Assembly: GCA_021828195.1 (NCBI GenBank)
Contig: JAKASQ010000001.1
Location: forward strand, 532,335 to 596,334
DNA from: Thermoplasmata archaeon
Lineage (GTDB): Archaea > Thermoplasmatota > Thermoplasmata > Lutacidiplasmatales > UBA184
Length of the DNA stretch: 64,000 bases
Reading direction: 5' to 3'
The notes beneath the pieces are model-generated. The model worked only from the letters and a program-made list of their open reading frames with translations. It was not told where the DNA came from and ran no database searches. Of this stretch, positions 7,984 to 17,969 are shown piece by piece. The stretch's first letter is position 1; every line of letters begins with the position of its first letter. The translations under genes were made by a program, and so were the position numbers.

Positions 7984-9873
7984 CTATGCGGAGCCCGCGC
8001 TGCCGCCTTTGTCGTCATCAACGACCTTGAAGTCCGCGTCCACGGGGCCGTTCGCTGGGGGCTCTTCGGGCGGCGGCGCGGTGCTCGCGCCGGGCTCGGC
8101 CGGTGGGGGAGGGGGCGGCGGCGCCCGGTACAACTCCTCGGACACCCTGTGCAGCGCTCGCACGAGCTCCTCCGTCAGTTCGCGCACCCGCGCGACCGGG
8201 GTTTCGGCGGACTTCAAGGCCTCACGCACCGCGCCAATCTTCCCCCGAAGCTCGCTGGTGGCGGATTCGGGGATCTTGGCTTTCTGCTCCTCCAGAAGCC
8301 GTTCGGCTTCGTAGGCGAGCGACTCGGCTCGGTTGCGTGCCTCGACGCCCTCCGCGCGCTCGCGATCTTTGTTGGCGAACTGCTCCGCCTGTCGAACCAT
8401 CTTCTCGATGTCCTCCTTGCTGAGCTTGTTCGCGGCACTGATCGTGATCCCTTGCTGGCGGCCGCTCGCGAGATCCTTCGCGGAGACGTTCACGAGCCCG
8501 TTCGCGTCGATGTCGAAGGTGACCTCGACCTGGGGAACGCCGCGGGGGGCCGGCGGGATGCCCGTCAATAGGAATCGTCCGAGGGGAACATTGTCCTCGC
8601 TCATCGGCCGTTCGCCCTGAAAGACCTTGATCTCCACCGTGGATTGGTTGTCGGCCGCGGTGCTGAACACCTGGGCCTTCCGGGAGGGGATGGTCGTGTT
8701 CCGTTCGATCAGTCGGGTGAAGACGCCTCCGAGGGTCTCGACGCCCAACGACAGCGGGGTCACGTCGAGCAGCAGGACATCCTTGACCTCGCCGGCGAGC
8801 ACTCCGCCCTGGATGGCGGCGCCGGTCGCGACGCACTCCATCGGGTCGACTCCCCGCTCGATCGGCCGGCCCAACTCGGTTTCCAAGAACCGCTGGACCG
8901 CCGGCATCCGGGTCGGACCCCCCACGAGGACGATGCGATCGATCTGGTCCTTGCTCAGCTTCGCGTCCTTGAGGGCCTGTTCGACGGGGGCCTTGCAGCG
9001 GGCGATAATGTCGCGCACGAGCTCCTCGAGCTTGGCGCGGGTCAGTTGCAGTGCGAGGTGCTTCGGGCCCTCGTTGGTGGCGGTGAGGAAAGGGAGATTG
9101 ATCTGAGTGTCCAAGGTCGAAGAGAGCTCGATCTTGGCCTTCTCTGCGGCGTCGCGGACCCGCTGGACGGCCATCTTGTCGGAGCGGATGTCGATCCCGC
9201 TCTCCTTGCGGAACTCTACGGCGATCCAGTCGGTGATCGCCGTGTCCATATCGGTCCCTCCGAGCTGCGTGTCTCCGCTCGTGGAGATGACCTCGAAGAC
9301 CCCGTCACCAAAGTCCATGATCGTGACATCAAGCGTCCCACCGCCGAGGTCGAAGACCAGGATCTTCTGGCTCTTGCCGCTCTTGTCGAGCCCGTACGCG
9401 AGGCTCGCGGCGGTAGGTTCGTTGATGATCCGGACGACCTCGAGCCCCGCGATCGCGCCGGCGTCCTTCGTCGCCTGGCGCTGGTTGTCGTTGAAGTAGG
9501 CGGGAACGGTGATGACCGCCTTGTCGACTTTCTCCCCGATGAACGCCTCGGCGTCCCGCTTGATCTTCTGGAGCAGAAAGCCCGAGAGCTGTTGCGGCGT
9601 GTACTCCTTTCCTTGGAGCCGGTACTTGTAGTCGGTTCCCATCTTCCGCTTGAAGGCGGTGACGGTCCCCTCGGGGTTTGAGATCGCCTGACGACGGGCG
9701 GGCTCTCCGACGATCAGCTGACCATCCTTCGCGAACGCGACGTACGAGGGGAACGCCTTTCCTCCGCCCACGGTCGTGCCTTCGGCGCTCGGGATGATCA
9801 CCGGCCGTCCGCCTTCCAACATCGCGGCGGCCGAGTTGCTGGTTCCCAGATCGATTCCAATAGTCTTTGACAT
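7984..9873 (-). CDS. dnaK: molecular chaperone DnaK (Hsp70)
   Basis: Starts [18 protein letters not shown] and shows full-length Hsp70 similarity over 629 aa. An AAGGAG Shine-Dalgarno sequence lies about 11 nt upstream of the ATG. Confidence 0.95.
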   Translation of the reverse strand: MSKTIGIDLGTSNSAAAMLEGGRPVIIPSAEGTTVGGGKAFPSYVAFAKDGQLIVGEPARRQAISNPEGTVTAFKRKMGTDYKYRLQGKEYTPQQLSGFLLQKIKRDAEAFIGEKVDKAVITVPAYFNDNQRQATKDAGAIAGLEVVRIINEPTAASLAYGLDKSGKSQKILVFDLGGGTLDVTIMDFGDGVFEVISTSGDTQLGGTDMDTAITDWIAVEFRKESGIDIRSDKMAVQRVRDAAEKAKIELSSTLDTQINLPFLTATNEGPKHLALQLTRAKLEELVRDIIARCKAPVEQALKDAKLSKDQIDRIVLVGGPTRMPAVQRFLETELGRPIERGVDPMECVATGAAIQGGVLAGEVKDVLLLDVTPLSLGVETLGGVFTRLIERNTTIPSRKAQVFSTAADNQSTVEIKVFQGERPMSEDNVPLGRFLLTGIPPAPRGVPQVEVTFDIDANGLVNVSAKDLASGRQQGITISAANKLSKEDIEKMVRQAEQFANKDRERAEGVEARNRAESLAYEAERLLEEQKAKIPESATSELRGKIGAVREALKSAETPVARVRELTEELVRALHRVSEELYRAPPPPPPPAEPGASTAPPPEEPPANGPVDADFKVVDDDKGGSAGSA

Positions 9874-9942
9874 AACGTGCTTGCTCCTTCGACGGCCCTC
9901 GGGAGGTGTCCCTAGGTTATCAGCAATAGAATGTAAGCTCTA

Positions 9943-9952
9943 CTATATAATA
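9943..9952. promoter_or_regulatory. TATA-box-like element (CTATATAATA) in an AT-rich island, possibly bidirectional for dnaK on the minus strand and the aro leader on the plus strand
   Basis: This is the only AT-rich stretch (9925-9965) in a 490-nt GC-rich intergenic region. It lies about 70 nt upstream of the dnaK ATG and about 410 nt upstream of the aroA' ATG. Confidence 0.4.
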
Positions 9953-10364
9953 GAAGCCAACCTCAAAGACCAGTTGCGGGGTACGTCTCGAGCGCAGTCG
10001 AGATCGGCTGGAGCTTCGGGTGCGGTGCGCGCATCGGTCAAGCCGTGCAGAGAAACCCCGGGGGGTGAGCCATCGTTTCGGCCTCCGTTGGGACCGGTGC
10101 GCCGGACCTACCCTACCTCACGTGCGGGTGAGGGCATCTCGGCGAAAACGCTCTCGCGCAATGCTAAATACCGGGGCTTCAGTGGGGGACTTGATGACCG
10201 GCCGGCGGAGCGGCGGAGAGCAAGCCGAGGCCCCGACGGGGACGGTCAGTACCTGGCTCTGGTGACCGGGGAGCGCCCGGACGGCGCGTCCCACTTTTGT
10301 TGAACCCGAGAGTGGTTCGGCCTCCGGAGCTTCCCTCACCACACGAAACGTAGGAGGAGGAAGA

Positions 10365-11126
10365 ATGTACGGAAAAACGATCCGGCTGCGCAGGATATTC
10401 CCGAACGAACGCCGGCGCCTGTTCTCGGTCCCGCTCGACCACTCGGTCTCGATGGGGCCCATCGACGGGCTGGAGGATGCCCCGACGCTCGTGCGGGAGC
10501 TCCAGGACTCGGGAGTCGACATGATCGTCGTCACCAAGGGGGCCGTAGGATCGCTTGTACCGGTGCTCGCGCCCACCACCCTTCTCGGCATCCACGTCTC
10601 GGCGTCGACGAGCCTCGCGCCGAACTCGAACCTCAAGGTGCTCGTCGGGACCGCCGAAGAGGCGGCCGCGCTCGGAGCGGACCTCCTCTCGATCCAGGTA
10701 AATTTCGGGATCGCGGAGGAAGGCGAGATGTTGCGCTCCCTCGGGATTGCCGCCGATCAATGCCGCACGATCGGGCTGCCCTTGATGTGCATGACCTACG
10801 TCAAGAAGCCGAACGGAGGCACGCCGGAGGAGATCCGGCACGCCTGCCGCGCCGCGGCCGACACCGGCGCCGATATCGTCAAGACGGGGTACCCCGGCTC
10901 GCTCGAAGAGTACCGGCGCCTCGTCCGAACGACCCCGGTCCCCCTGCTCCTCGGGGGAGGGGCCCGACTTGACGAGGACTCGGAGTTCTTGCGCCTCGTC
11001 CACGAGACCGTGAGCGTCGGCGCCGCGGGGATCTGCGTCGGACGTAACCTCTTCCAGCGGAAGCCGGTCTCCGCCATGGCGCGACCGATCGCCGAGATCC
11101 TTCACGGTGCGGCCTTGATCCCATGA
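10365..11126 (+). CDS. aroA': DhnA-type class I aldolase family protein, most likely 2-amino-3,7-dideoxy-D-threo-hept-6-ulosonate (ADH) synthase AroA'
   Basis: DhnA/FbaB-family fold, 253 aa. It heads the operon directly before DHQ synthase II. An AGGAGGAGG Shine-Dalgarno sequence lies 5 nt upstream. The paralogous DKFP synthase cannot be excluded. Confidence 0.6.
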   Translation: MYGKTIRLRRIFPNERRRLFSVPLDHSVSMGPIDGLEDAPTLVRELQDSGVDMIVVTKGAVGSLVPVLAPTTLLGIHVSASTSLAPNSNLKVLVGTAEEAAALGADLLSIQVNFGIAEEGEMLRSLGIAADQCRTIGLPLMCMTYVKKPNGGTPEEIRHACRAAADTGADIVKTGYPGSLEEYRRLVRTTPVPLLLGGGARLDEDSEFLRLVHETVSVGAAGICVGRNLFQRKPVSAMARPIAEILHGAALIP

Positions 11127-12154
11127 CGATGGACCGGCTCGTCCTCTGCCCGACGGCGACCGAGGCCGCGGAGATCCGTGCACTCCTCGCGCGGGCCGAG
11201 CGACGGGGATTCCAGCGCTTCCTCGTTCCGGCGACGAGCGTCGCGGAGGAGTCGACCACCGGTCGGCAACTGTACTCGTGGGTCGGCGACCGGATCGTCG
11301 GGCCCGCTCCCAGCCGGGAAGAGATCCCCGTCGTCTCGGTCTCGGCGCCTGCGGATATGGACTCCGTGATCGACCGCCTGCGCCTCGGGCACCGCGTCGC
11401 GGTGCGCTGGGGCCAGGAGCGCGTCATTCCTCTAGAGAACCTCGTCGCCGCTCGTTCCCGACCGGGCACCTTGTGGGTCGTGACCCAGAGGATCGAAGAG
11501 ATTCCCGGATTCTTGGGGGCGCTCGAACATGGGGCGGACACCATCGTCATCGAGCTTGGCTCGCCCGATGCCATCGATGCACTCGAAGCGGTACTCGAGA
11601 GCCGGGCGATCCCGCTGACTCTCGAGCGCGTCCCCATCCGTAGGATCGTTCCCGTAGGAGGAGGCGATCGGGTGATCGTCGATACGACCTCGCTCCTTCG
11701 ACCCGAGGAGGGGCTCCTGGTGGGGAGCTCAGCCGCCTTCCTGCTCCACGTCGCCAGCGAGGCGATCGGGTCCCGGTACACCCGACCGCGGCCCTTCCGC
11801 GTCAATGCCGGCGCGGCCCATTCCTACACCTTGCTCGCCAACGGCGAGACCCGGTACCTCAGCGAGCTCGTCGCAGGAGATGCGGTGCTCGTCGCGAGCC
11901 CGGATGGCTCGTCGCGCTCGGCCCGCGTCGGCCGCATCAAGATCGAGCGCCGTCCGCTCGTGCTCATCGAGATCGAGCGCGGCGGCCGCCGGTTCACGGT
12001 CTTCCTCCAAGAGGCAGAGACCGTCCGACTGACCACGCCCGATGGGCGGATCGCAACGACCGACCTTCACGCGGGAAGCGAGGTGTTGGGAGTCTCGCTC
12101 GTCGCGGGCCGTCATCTCGGCGTGGCGGTCGCGGAAACGATCGAGGAACGATGA
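11123..12154 (+). CDS. aroB': 3-dehydroquinate synthase II (archaeal AroB', PF01959 family)
   Basis: 343 aa with DHQ synthase II-like conservation. ATGA overlap with aroA'. Confidence 0.7.
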   Translation: MTMDRLVLCPTATEAAEIRALLARAERRGFQRFLVPATSVAEESTTGRQLYSWVGDRIVGPAPSREEIPVVSVSAPADMDSVIDRLRLGHRVAVRWGQERVIPLENLVAARSRPGTLWVVTQRIEEIPGFLGALEHGADTIVIELGSPDAIDALEAVLESRAIPLTLERVPIRRIVPVGGGDRVIVDTTSLLRPEEGLLVGSSAAFLLHVASEAIGSRYTRPRPFRVNAGAAHSYTLLANGETRYLSELVAGDAVLVASPDGSSRSARVGRIKIERRPLVLIEIERGGRRFTVFLQEAETVRLTTPDGRIATTDLHAGSEVLGVSLVAGRHLGVAVAETIEER

Positions 12155-13665
12155 CGCAGCACCGTCCGCTCGTGATCGTGACGGTCCCCTCCCGCACGCC
12201 GGAGGCGACGCGCGCGGAGATGGCCGAGCTCCTCCCGCAGGGCGCGGATGCGGTGGAGATCCGCTTCGATCGCTGGGCCCGCGAGGACCTTCCCCGCGCG
12301 GCCGAGTTGTTCCCGAGTCCTCTCCCGATGCTCGCCACGTACCGCTCCACCGCGGAGGGAGGGACAGGGCTCGATGATCTTCGCGATCGGACCGACATCC
12401 TGACCGCGCTCGCCGATCTGCCGTTCACCTACCTCGATCTCGAGCTACGACGCGATCGCGCCTTGATCTCGAGCGTTGGGACCCGGGCGCACGGCCCGAC
12501 CCTGATCCTCTCCTGCCATCTCCGGGTGAACGACACCGCGGAGAAGATCGCCGAGCTCCTCTCGGGCCACCAGCCTCGCGGTGCGATCGCCAAGGTCGTG
12601 CTGCCCTGCGGCGTGGGCCGATTCTACCGAGAGGTACGTCCCCTGCTCCACCTGGGAGGGAGCCCGCGCCCGGAGATCGTCCTTACGACCGGCGCTTCGG
12701 GATCTCTCGTGCGAGCCCTCGCCCCTCGCTTCGGGCTCGCCGCGGTGTTCGCGGCGCCTCCGGCTCGGGGGCTCAGGGCCCGGGGAGAGACCGCGGTGGA
12801 GCCGTCCCAACTCCCCGTGGACCGACTTCGACGTTTCTACGATGCCGGCGAGCTCGGCCGGCTCTTCGCAGTGACCGGTCACCCGATCGACCACTCGCGG
12901 TCGCCCGATGTCCACACCCTGTGGATGGCGGAGGAAGGGAGACCCGGCCTCTATCTCGCGCTCGACATCGAATCGGAGGAGGAGCTTGCCCGTGTGCTCC
13001 GTCCACTGGGCGAGGACGGGCTTCGGGGGATGAACGTCACCCACCCGTGGAAGGACGCGGCGCTGCGTCTTGCCGACCGATGCGGGCGTGCCGCCGAGCA
13101 GGCCGGCTGCGCGAACGCCCTCGTGTGCACCGGTCGGGTCTGGCGTGCGGAGAACTTCGATGTGAGCGCCATGATCCGTCGCCTCAGGGAACTTCGGGAA
13201 TCCGGCGCCTGGACTGACGACCGGCTCCTCGTGATCGGGACGGGAGGTGCGGCCCGTGCCACCCTCGTCGCCGCCTCCGAGCTCCATGCCAGCGCGGAGA
13301 TCCTCGGGCGATCGGTCGGCCACGTCGCCCGCGTCGCACGGGAGTTCGGCACGGAGGTATTCCGGCCGTCGTCGGCTCCTGCGTCGCTCATCGTCCATGC
13401 GACGCCTGCCGGCCGCTCGGACGTTCCTGCGCTCGACATCCCCTGGCCGGGACGATGCGGACCGGGCACGTACGTCCTCGATTTTGTCTACCGGCCGGAT
13501 CGGCCCTTCCTGAGGGACATGACAATCCAGGGCGGGGGGGCGTACGAAGACGGCGGCCGGCTCCTCGTCTATCAGGCGGCCGAGAGCTTCGGAGCCTTCT
13601 GGGGCACGTGCCCCTCGTTCGCGCTCGAGCAGAAGGCCCTTCAGGAGGTTCTGTGCGCGGCGTAG
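12151..13665 (+). CDS. aroDE: bifunctional 3-dehydroquinate dehydratase (type I) / shikimate 5-dehydrogenase (AroD-AroE fusion)
   Basis: The N-terminal half resembles AroD (...AVEIRFDRW...). The C-terminal half resembles AroE (FAVTGHPIDHSRSPDVHTLWM...GMNVTHPWK). A single uninterrupted 504-aa frame. ATGA overlap with aroB'. Confidence 0.8.
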   Translation: MTQHRPLVIVTVPSRTPEATRAEMAELLPQGADAVEIRFDRWAREDLPRAAELFPSPLPMLATYRSTAEGGTGLDDLRDRTDILTALADLPFTYLDLELRRDRALISSVGTRAHGPTLILSCHLRVNDTAEKIAELLSGHQPRGAIAKVVLPCGVGRFYREVRPLLHLGGSPRPEIVLTTGASGSLVRALAPRFGLAAVFAAPPARGLRARGETAVEPSQLPVDRLRRFYDAGELGRLFAVTGHPIDHSRSPDVHTLWMAEEGRPGLYLALDIESEEELARVLRPLGEDGLRGMNVTHPWKDAALRLADRCGRAAEQAGCANALVCTGRVWRAENFDVSAMIRRLRELRESGAWTDDRLLVIGTGGAARATLVAASELHASAEILGRSVGHVARVAREFGTEVFRPSSAPASLIVHATPAGRSDVPALDIPWPGRCGPGTYVLDFVYRPDRPFLRDMTIQGGGAYEDGGRLLVYQAAESFGAFWGTCPSFALEQKALQEVLCAA

Positions 13666-14534
13666 CCGCAGCGTCGGGAGCGATCACGTTCGTCAACGCC
13701 CTGGCCGCCGGTATCGGTGCCGCCGCGGCCGTCACGCTGGGCGTGGAGGCGGAGGTCGATCTCAATCTCGAGCGGCGTCACGGATCCGGCGCCATCACGA
13801 TCGCGCCCCCCAGCGATACTCCGCTCGTGCGCGGCGCCGTCGAGGCCGGCCTCGAGCGGTTCGCTCCCGGGGATGCCCCATCGGTCCAGGTCCGAATCCG
13901 CTCTTCGATCCCGTCCGCGTGCGGATTGAAGAGTTCCTCCGCCGTGAGCGGTGCGGTCCTCGCGGCCGTGGCTCGGGCCGTCGGCGTGGACGCCGATGCC
14001 GCGACCCTCGCACGGATGTCGGCGGACCTCTCTCAGAGGATCGGCCTAAGCGCGACGGGAGCGTTCGATGACGCGTTCGCGGCGCTCGCCGGAGGTGCGG
14101 TCATCACGGACAACGCGGCGCGCGCCGTGCTCTGGTCCGGGGAGGCTCCCGGGGGGCTCACCGTTCTCCTCTGGATACCTACCGCGCGCCATCGCCCGTC
14201 CACGGAATGGCACGATCGGTTCCGCACGCGTGCGGCGGAGGCTCGGCCGGCGATCGACGCGGCGCTCCGAGGAGATCTGTTGGGAGCCATGGAACGCAAC
14301 ACCGAGCTCGTCGAATCCATACTCGGCTACGACTACGGCCAGATTCGTCGGCAGCTCGCCGAGCGCGGCGCCACCGCAAGCGGAGTGAGTGGGCTTGGCC
14401 CGGCCCTTGCAATCCTGGCACCGCCCGAGCGTGAGGATGCGGTGCGGAACACCCTCGCTTCCCGGGGTGGGGAGGTACGTGCGGCCAACTTTCGACCGCG
14501 CAATCGCATCGAGCCGATCGAGGGGGCCGCATGA
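13653..14534 (+). CDS. aroK: shikimate kinase, archaeal GHMP-kinase type
   Basis: GHMP motif PSACGLKSSSAVSGAVLAA. GTG start at 13653 with an AGGAGG Shine-Dalgarno sequence 5 nt upstream. Overlaps the aroDE end by 13 nt. Confidence 0.75.
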   Translation: MRGVAAASGAITFVNALAAGIGAAAAVTLGVEAEVDLNLERRHGSGAITIAPPSDTPLVRGAVEAGLERFAPGDAPSVQVRIRSSIPSACGLKSSSAVSGAVLAAVARAVGVDADAATLARMSADLSQRIGLSATGAFDDAFAALAGGAVITDNAARAVLWSGEAPGGLTVLLWIPTARHRPSTEWHDRFRTRAAEARPAIDAALRGDLLGAMERNTELVESILGYDYGQIRRQLAERGATASGVSGLGPALAILAPPEREDAVRNTLASRGGEVRAANFRPRNRIEPIEGAA

Positions 14535-15808
14535 TCCGCACGGTGAACCCCGGCGTCGCGCGAGGGCGGCTTACCCCGCCCCCCTCCAAGAGCTACACTC
14601 ACCGTGCCTTGGTCGCGGCCCACCTCTCCGGTCGTTCAGCCTCCGTCCTTCGGCCGCTGGATTCGGACGACACCCGCGCCACCGCCCGTGGCCTCGCTGC
14701 GCTCGGCTCGCGTGTGCGATTCGCCGCGGACCGGTGGCAGATCCAGCCCGCGCCGGTGCCGACCGACCGCCTTCGGACGATCGATTGCGGCGAGTCGGGA
14801 ACGACGCTCAGGTTCTTGACGGTGCTCGCAGCCCTCTCCGACCGACCGATCCGGATCACCGGACGAGGGCGCCTCCCCGCTCGACCGATGTCGGACTTGT
14901 ACGACGCATTGCGCACGCTCGGAGCGCGAATCTCTCCCGAACACCAGGACCGGGCCCTTCCGTGCACGATCCGCGGACCTATCCTTGCCGGCCGCATCGA
15001 CGTGCGGTCCGACGAGACCTCGCAGTATCTCTCTGCCCTACTGATGGCCCTTCCGCGCGTCGAGGGTCGATCGGAGATCCGACTGCAAGGGCCTTTGGTC
15101 TCACGAACGTACGTCCAGGCGACCTGCGCGGTCCTGAACGCCTATGGGGTCCGGATCGTTGTGCGGCCGCGAGGCTACCGCGTCGACGGGCCGCAGACGT
15201 TCCGGGTCGCCCCCTTCACCGTACCCCGCGACGCCTCGTCGGCCGCGTACTTTTGGGCGGCCGCTGCCCTCACGGGCGGGGGTGTTACGGTGACGGGGCT
15301 CGATCGACGATGGCCGCAGGCCGACCTTGCGCTACTCGATATCCTGCGCCGGATGGGCGCATCGGTCCGCAGCCGTCGACTCGCGACCGAAGTGGCCGGC
15401 CCGGTCCGCCGAGGGATCTCGGTCGATCTAACGAACTCGCCGGATCTGTACCCGCTCGTGGGAATCCTCGCTGCAGGAGTCCCGGGCCGCCGGAGCCGTC
15501 TTCGGGGAGCGACCCACGTCCGGCTGAAGGAGTCCGATCGGTTCGCCGAGACCGCGCGCATCGTGCGCGCGATGGGTGCGCACGTCGATACCACGGGAGG
15601 AGAGCTGAGCATCCTAGGCACGGGCGCTCCCCGGCCGCTCTCCCTTTTGAATCTCAACGACCATCGCCTCATCATGAGCGCGGCGGTGAGCGCTCTCTCC
15701 GCTCGTTCGCCCTCCCGCCTGGGGGACGGGCGGGCGGTTCGAAAGTCGTTCCCCGGATTCTGGGAGGCCCTGTCCCGTCTGGTGCGCGAGCGGGGGACCG
15801 CATCATGA
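14531..15808 (+). CDS. aroA: 3-phosphoshikimate 1-carboxyvinyltransferase (EPSP synthase)
   Basis: Starts MIRTVNPGVARGRLTPPPSKSYTHRAL, the classic EPSPS N-terminus. 425 aa. ATGA overlap. Confidence 0.9.
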   Translation: MIRTVNPGVARGRLTPPPSKSYTHRALVAAHLSGRSASVLRPLDSDDTRATARGLAALGSRVRFAADRWQIQPAPVPTDRLRTIDCGESGTTLRFLTVLAALSDRPIRITGRGRLPARPMSDLYDALRTLGARISPEHQDRALPCTIRGPILAGRIDVRSDETSQYLSALLMALPRVEGRSEIRLQGPLVSRTYVQATCAVLNAYGVRIVVRPRGYRVDGPQTFRVAPFTVPRDASSAAYFWAAAALTGGGVTVTGLDRRWPQADLALLDILRRMGASVRSRRLATEVAGPVRRGISVDLTNSPDLYPLVGILAAGVPGRRSRLRGATHVRLKESDRFAETARIVRAMGAHVDTTGGELSILGTGAPRPLSLLNLNDHRLIMSAAVSALSARSPSRLGDGRAVRKSFPGFWEALSRLVRERGTAS

Positions 15809-16890
15809 TGGAGTTCGGGGAGCGCTACCGGGTCGCCCTGTTCGGGACCAGCCATGGCCCCGAGGTCGGAGTCGAGATCCATGGGATCCCGCCCGGGCGC
15901 GATATTGACCTAGACGCGATCCAGCACGAGCTCGACCGGCGGCGGCCGGTCGGCCGACGCCTCGCCACGAAGCGCCAAGAAGAGGACCGGATGGTCATCG
16001 ACCGAGGAATGGTGGACGGCCGGACCGACGGGGGAGTGTTCCGGGCCCACGTCGCGAACGAGGACGTCCAGCGCGCGGCGTACGACCGGATGCGGGATCT
16101 GCCTCGCCCCGGTCATGCGGACTACCCGGCGCGGGTCCGGTACGGGCCCGAGGCGGACCTCTCCGGTGGGGGCATCTTCTCCGGCCGTATGACGGTCGGG
16201 CTCGTGATCGCCGGGGCGCTGGCCCGGCAGCTTCTCGCCCCGATCGGCGTGGATCTGATCGGGTTCACGCGGAGCGTCGGCGCGGTCGACGCCTCGATCG
16301 ATCCTTCCCTGTCGCTCGGGGAGATCCGCGGACGGGCGAGCGCCAACGAGGTGGCCTGTCCGGACTTCCCCGCGGCCCTTCGGATGGAGGAGGAGATCGC
16401 CACCGCCCGACGGTCTGGGGACAGCGTCGGGGGCGTTGTCGAGGTGCGCATCCAGGGTGTGCCGGTCGGCCTCGGCGAGCCATTCTTCGACTCGATCGAG
16501 GGCGAGATCGCGCACGCGGCCTTCGCCATTCCCGCGGTCAAGGCGATCGAGTTCGGTGCGGGATTCCGGGCGGCGCGCATGCGAGGAAGCGAGCACAACG
16601 ACCCGTTCTGCTACGAGGACGGCCGGATCCGAACGACCTCGAACCACGCCGGCGGGATCTTGGGTGGCCTCGCCAACGGAATGCCGATCGTCTACCGCGT
16701 GGCCGTCAAGCCGACGTCCTCCATCGCGCGCCCGCAACAGACCGTCAACCTCGCCACCCACGAGCCCGCCGAGCTCATCGTCACCGGACGCCACGATCCG
16801 TGCATCGTTCCGCGTGCCGTCGTCGTGGTCGAGAGCGTGGGTGCGATGGTCCTCGCCGATCTCGCCTATCGCGGAGGGTTCCTTTCGTGA
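15805..16890 (+). CDS. aroC: chorismate synthase
   Basis: Internal ATG-ATG at 15805 inside a long run-on frame. The product starts MMEFGERYRVALFGTSHGPEVG. 361 aa. ATGA overlap with aroA. Confidence 0.9.
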   Translation: MMEFGERYRVALFGTSHGPEVGVEIHGIPPGRDIDLDAIQHELDRRRPVGRRLATKRQEEDRMVIDRGMVDGRTDGGVFRAHVANEDVQRAAYDRMRDLPRPGHADYPARVRYGPEADLSGGGIFSGRMTVGLVIAGALARQLLAPIGVDLIGFTRSVGAVDASIDPSLSLGEIRGRASANEVACPDFPAALRMEEEIATARRSGDSVGGVVEVRIQGVPVGLGEPFFDSIEGEIAHAAFAIPAVKAIEFGAGFRAARMRGSEHNDPFCYEDGRIRTTSNHAGGILGGLANGMPIVYRVAVKPTSSIARPQQTVNLATHEPAELIVTGRHDPCIVPRAVVVVESVGAMVLADLAYRGGFLS

Positions 16891-17969
16891 GCGAAGACTC
16901 GCAGATCCCCAGCGCCATCCTGGGCGCGAGCGGGTACATCGGTCAGCACTTCGCTCGCCTGCTCGGCGATCACCCATTCTTCGCGGCCCCAATCCTCGTG
17001 GGGTCGGACCGCTCCGCGGGTCGGCGGCTCGAGGAGCTCTGGCAGCTCCCCGAAGAGGTCCCCGACGCGCTCGCCCGGCAACGGCTCCGGCCCCTCACTC
17101 CTCGCGAGCTGCGCGCGCGCGGAGTGCGGGTGGTGTTCGGTGCCCTTCCCTCCGGCACCGCCGGGGTTCTGGAATCCGAGTGCCGCCGGCGCGGCCTCCA
17201 CGTCTTCAGCAATTCCTCCGACCATCGCATGGACCCCGATGTTCCCCTTCTCATCCCGGAGGTGAATGCGGCCCATCTTCGGGCGCTCACCGCGCGGCGG
17301 CGCCCCGGTGGGATTCTCGTGACGAACCCGAACTGCACAGCGGCCGGGCTGGTGCTCGGACTCGCCCCCATCTGGAAGCTGCTCGCTCCCCGAGAGGTCC
17401 ACCTTGCGAGCTACCAAGCCCTGTCGGGGGCTGGCCTTCCGGGCGTCGCGTCGCTCTCGATCACCGACAACGTCGTGCCGTTCATACGAGAGGAGGAGGA
17501 GAAGGTCGCCGAGGAGACCCGGCGCATGCTGGGAACCGCTCACCACGGTCGGATCCATCCCCGGTCCGAACCGGTGCTCGCCCACTGCGCCCGCGTGGGG
17601 GTTCGGGACGGTCACCTCGAAGCGATCACCGTCGTCGCCCGCCGGCGCCCGAGCCGGTCCGAGATCCTGGATGCGTGGCGCCAGTTCGACCCGCTCGCGG
17701 GCGCACCTCTTCCCACGCTCCCCCACCCCCCGATCGTGCTGCGGGGCGAGCCCGACCGGCCCCAGCCCGTTCGCGACCGCTGGGCCGGGAACCCGCGTCG
17801 CGCTCGAGGGATGGCGGTCTCCATCGGCCGGGTGCGGTGGGAAGCGCCGTACCTCCGGTTCTACTTGCTCGTCCACAATGCGGTTCGAGGAGGGGCGGGC
17901 GGTTCGGTCTCGAATGCGGAGCTCGCGCACTCCTACGACCTCCTCGTCCCCTCGCGGAGGTCCCCGTGA
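16887..17969 (+). CDS. asd: aspartate-semialdehyde dehydrogenase
   Basis: Starts VSEDSQIPSAILGASGYIGQHF, with an NAD-binding N-terminus and the catalytic Cys region. GTG start with GTGA overlap with aroC. Confidence 0.85.
   Translation: MSEDSQIPSAILGASGYIGQHFARLLGDHPFFAAPILVGSDRSAGRRLEELWQLPEEVPDALARQRLRPLTPRELRARGVRVVFGALPSGTAGVLESECRRRGLHVFSNSSDHRMDPDVPLLIPEVNAAHLRALTARRRPGGILVTNPNCTAAGLVLGLAPIWKLLAPREVHLASYQALSGAGLPGVASLSITDNVVPFIREEEEKVAEETRRMLGTAHHGRIHPRSEPVLAHCARVGVRDGHLEAITVVARRRPSRSEILDAWRQFDPLAGAPLPTLPHPPIVLRGEPDRPQPVRDRWAGNPRRARGMAVSIGRVRWEAPYLRFYLLVHNAVRGGAGGSVSNAELAHSYDLLVPSRRSP

Noticed and set aside
9980-10345. Possible SRP (7S) RNA or RNase P RNA in the long spacer upstream of the aro operon.
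   Set aside because: The helix-8 signature (GGAAGG...AGCAGCC) is absent. The RNase P motifs CR-I GGAAAGUCCGGGC and CR-V ACAGAACCCGGCUUA are absent. The single match, GGUGCGGU, is too short. I kept the region as an unclassified structured-RNA candidate instead.
14389-16890. 833-aa plus-strand ORF spanning aroK/aroA/aroC, and similar run-on frames at 16436-19288 and 25565-28021.
   Set aside because: Only the C-terminal parts (aroC, ask and the SufS-like gene) show protein similarity. The upstream portions are alternative-frame read-through over other genes. The real starts are internal and overlap the upstream stops.
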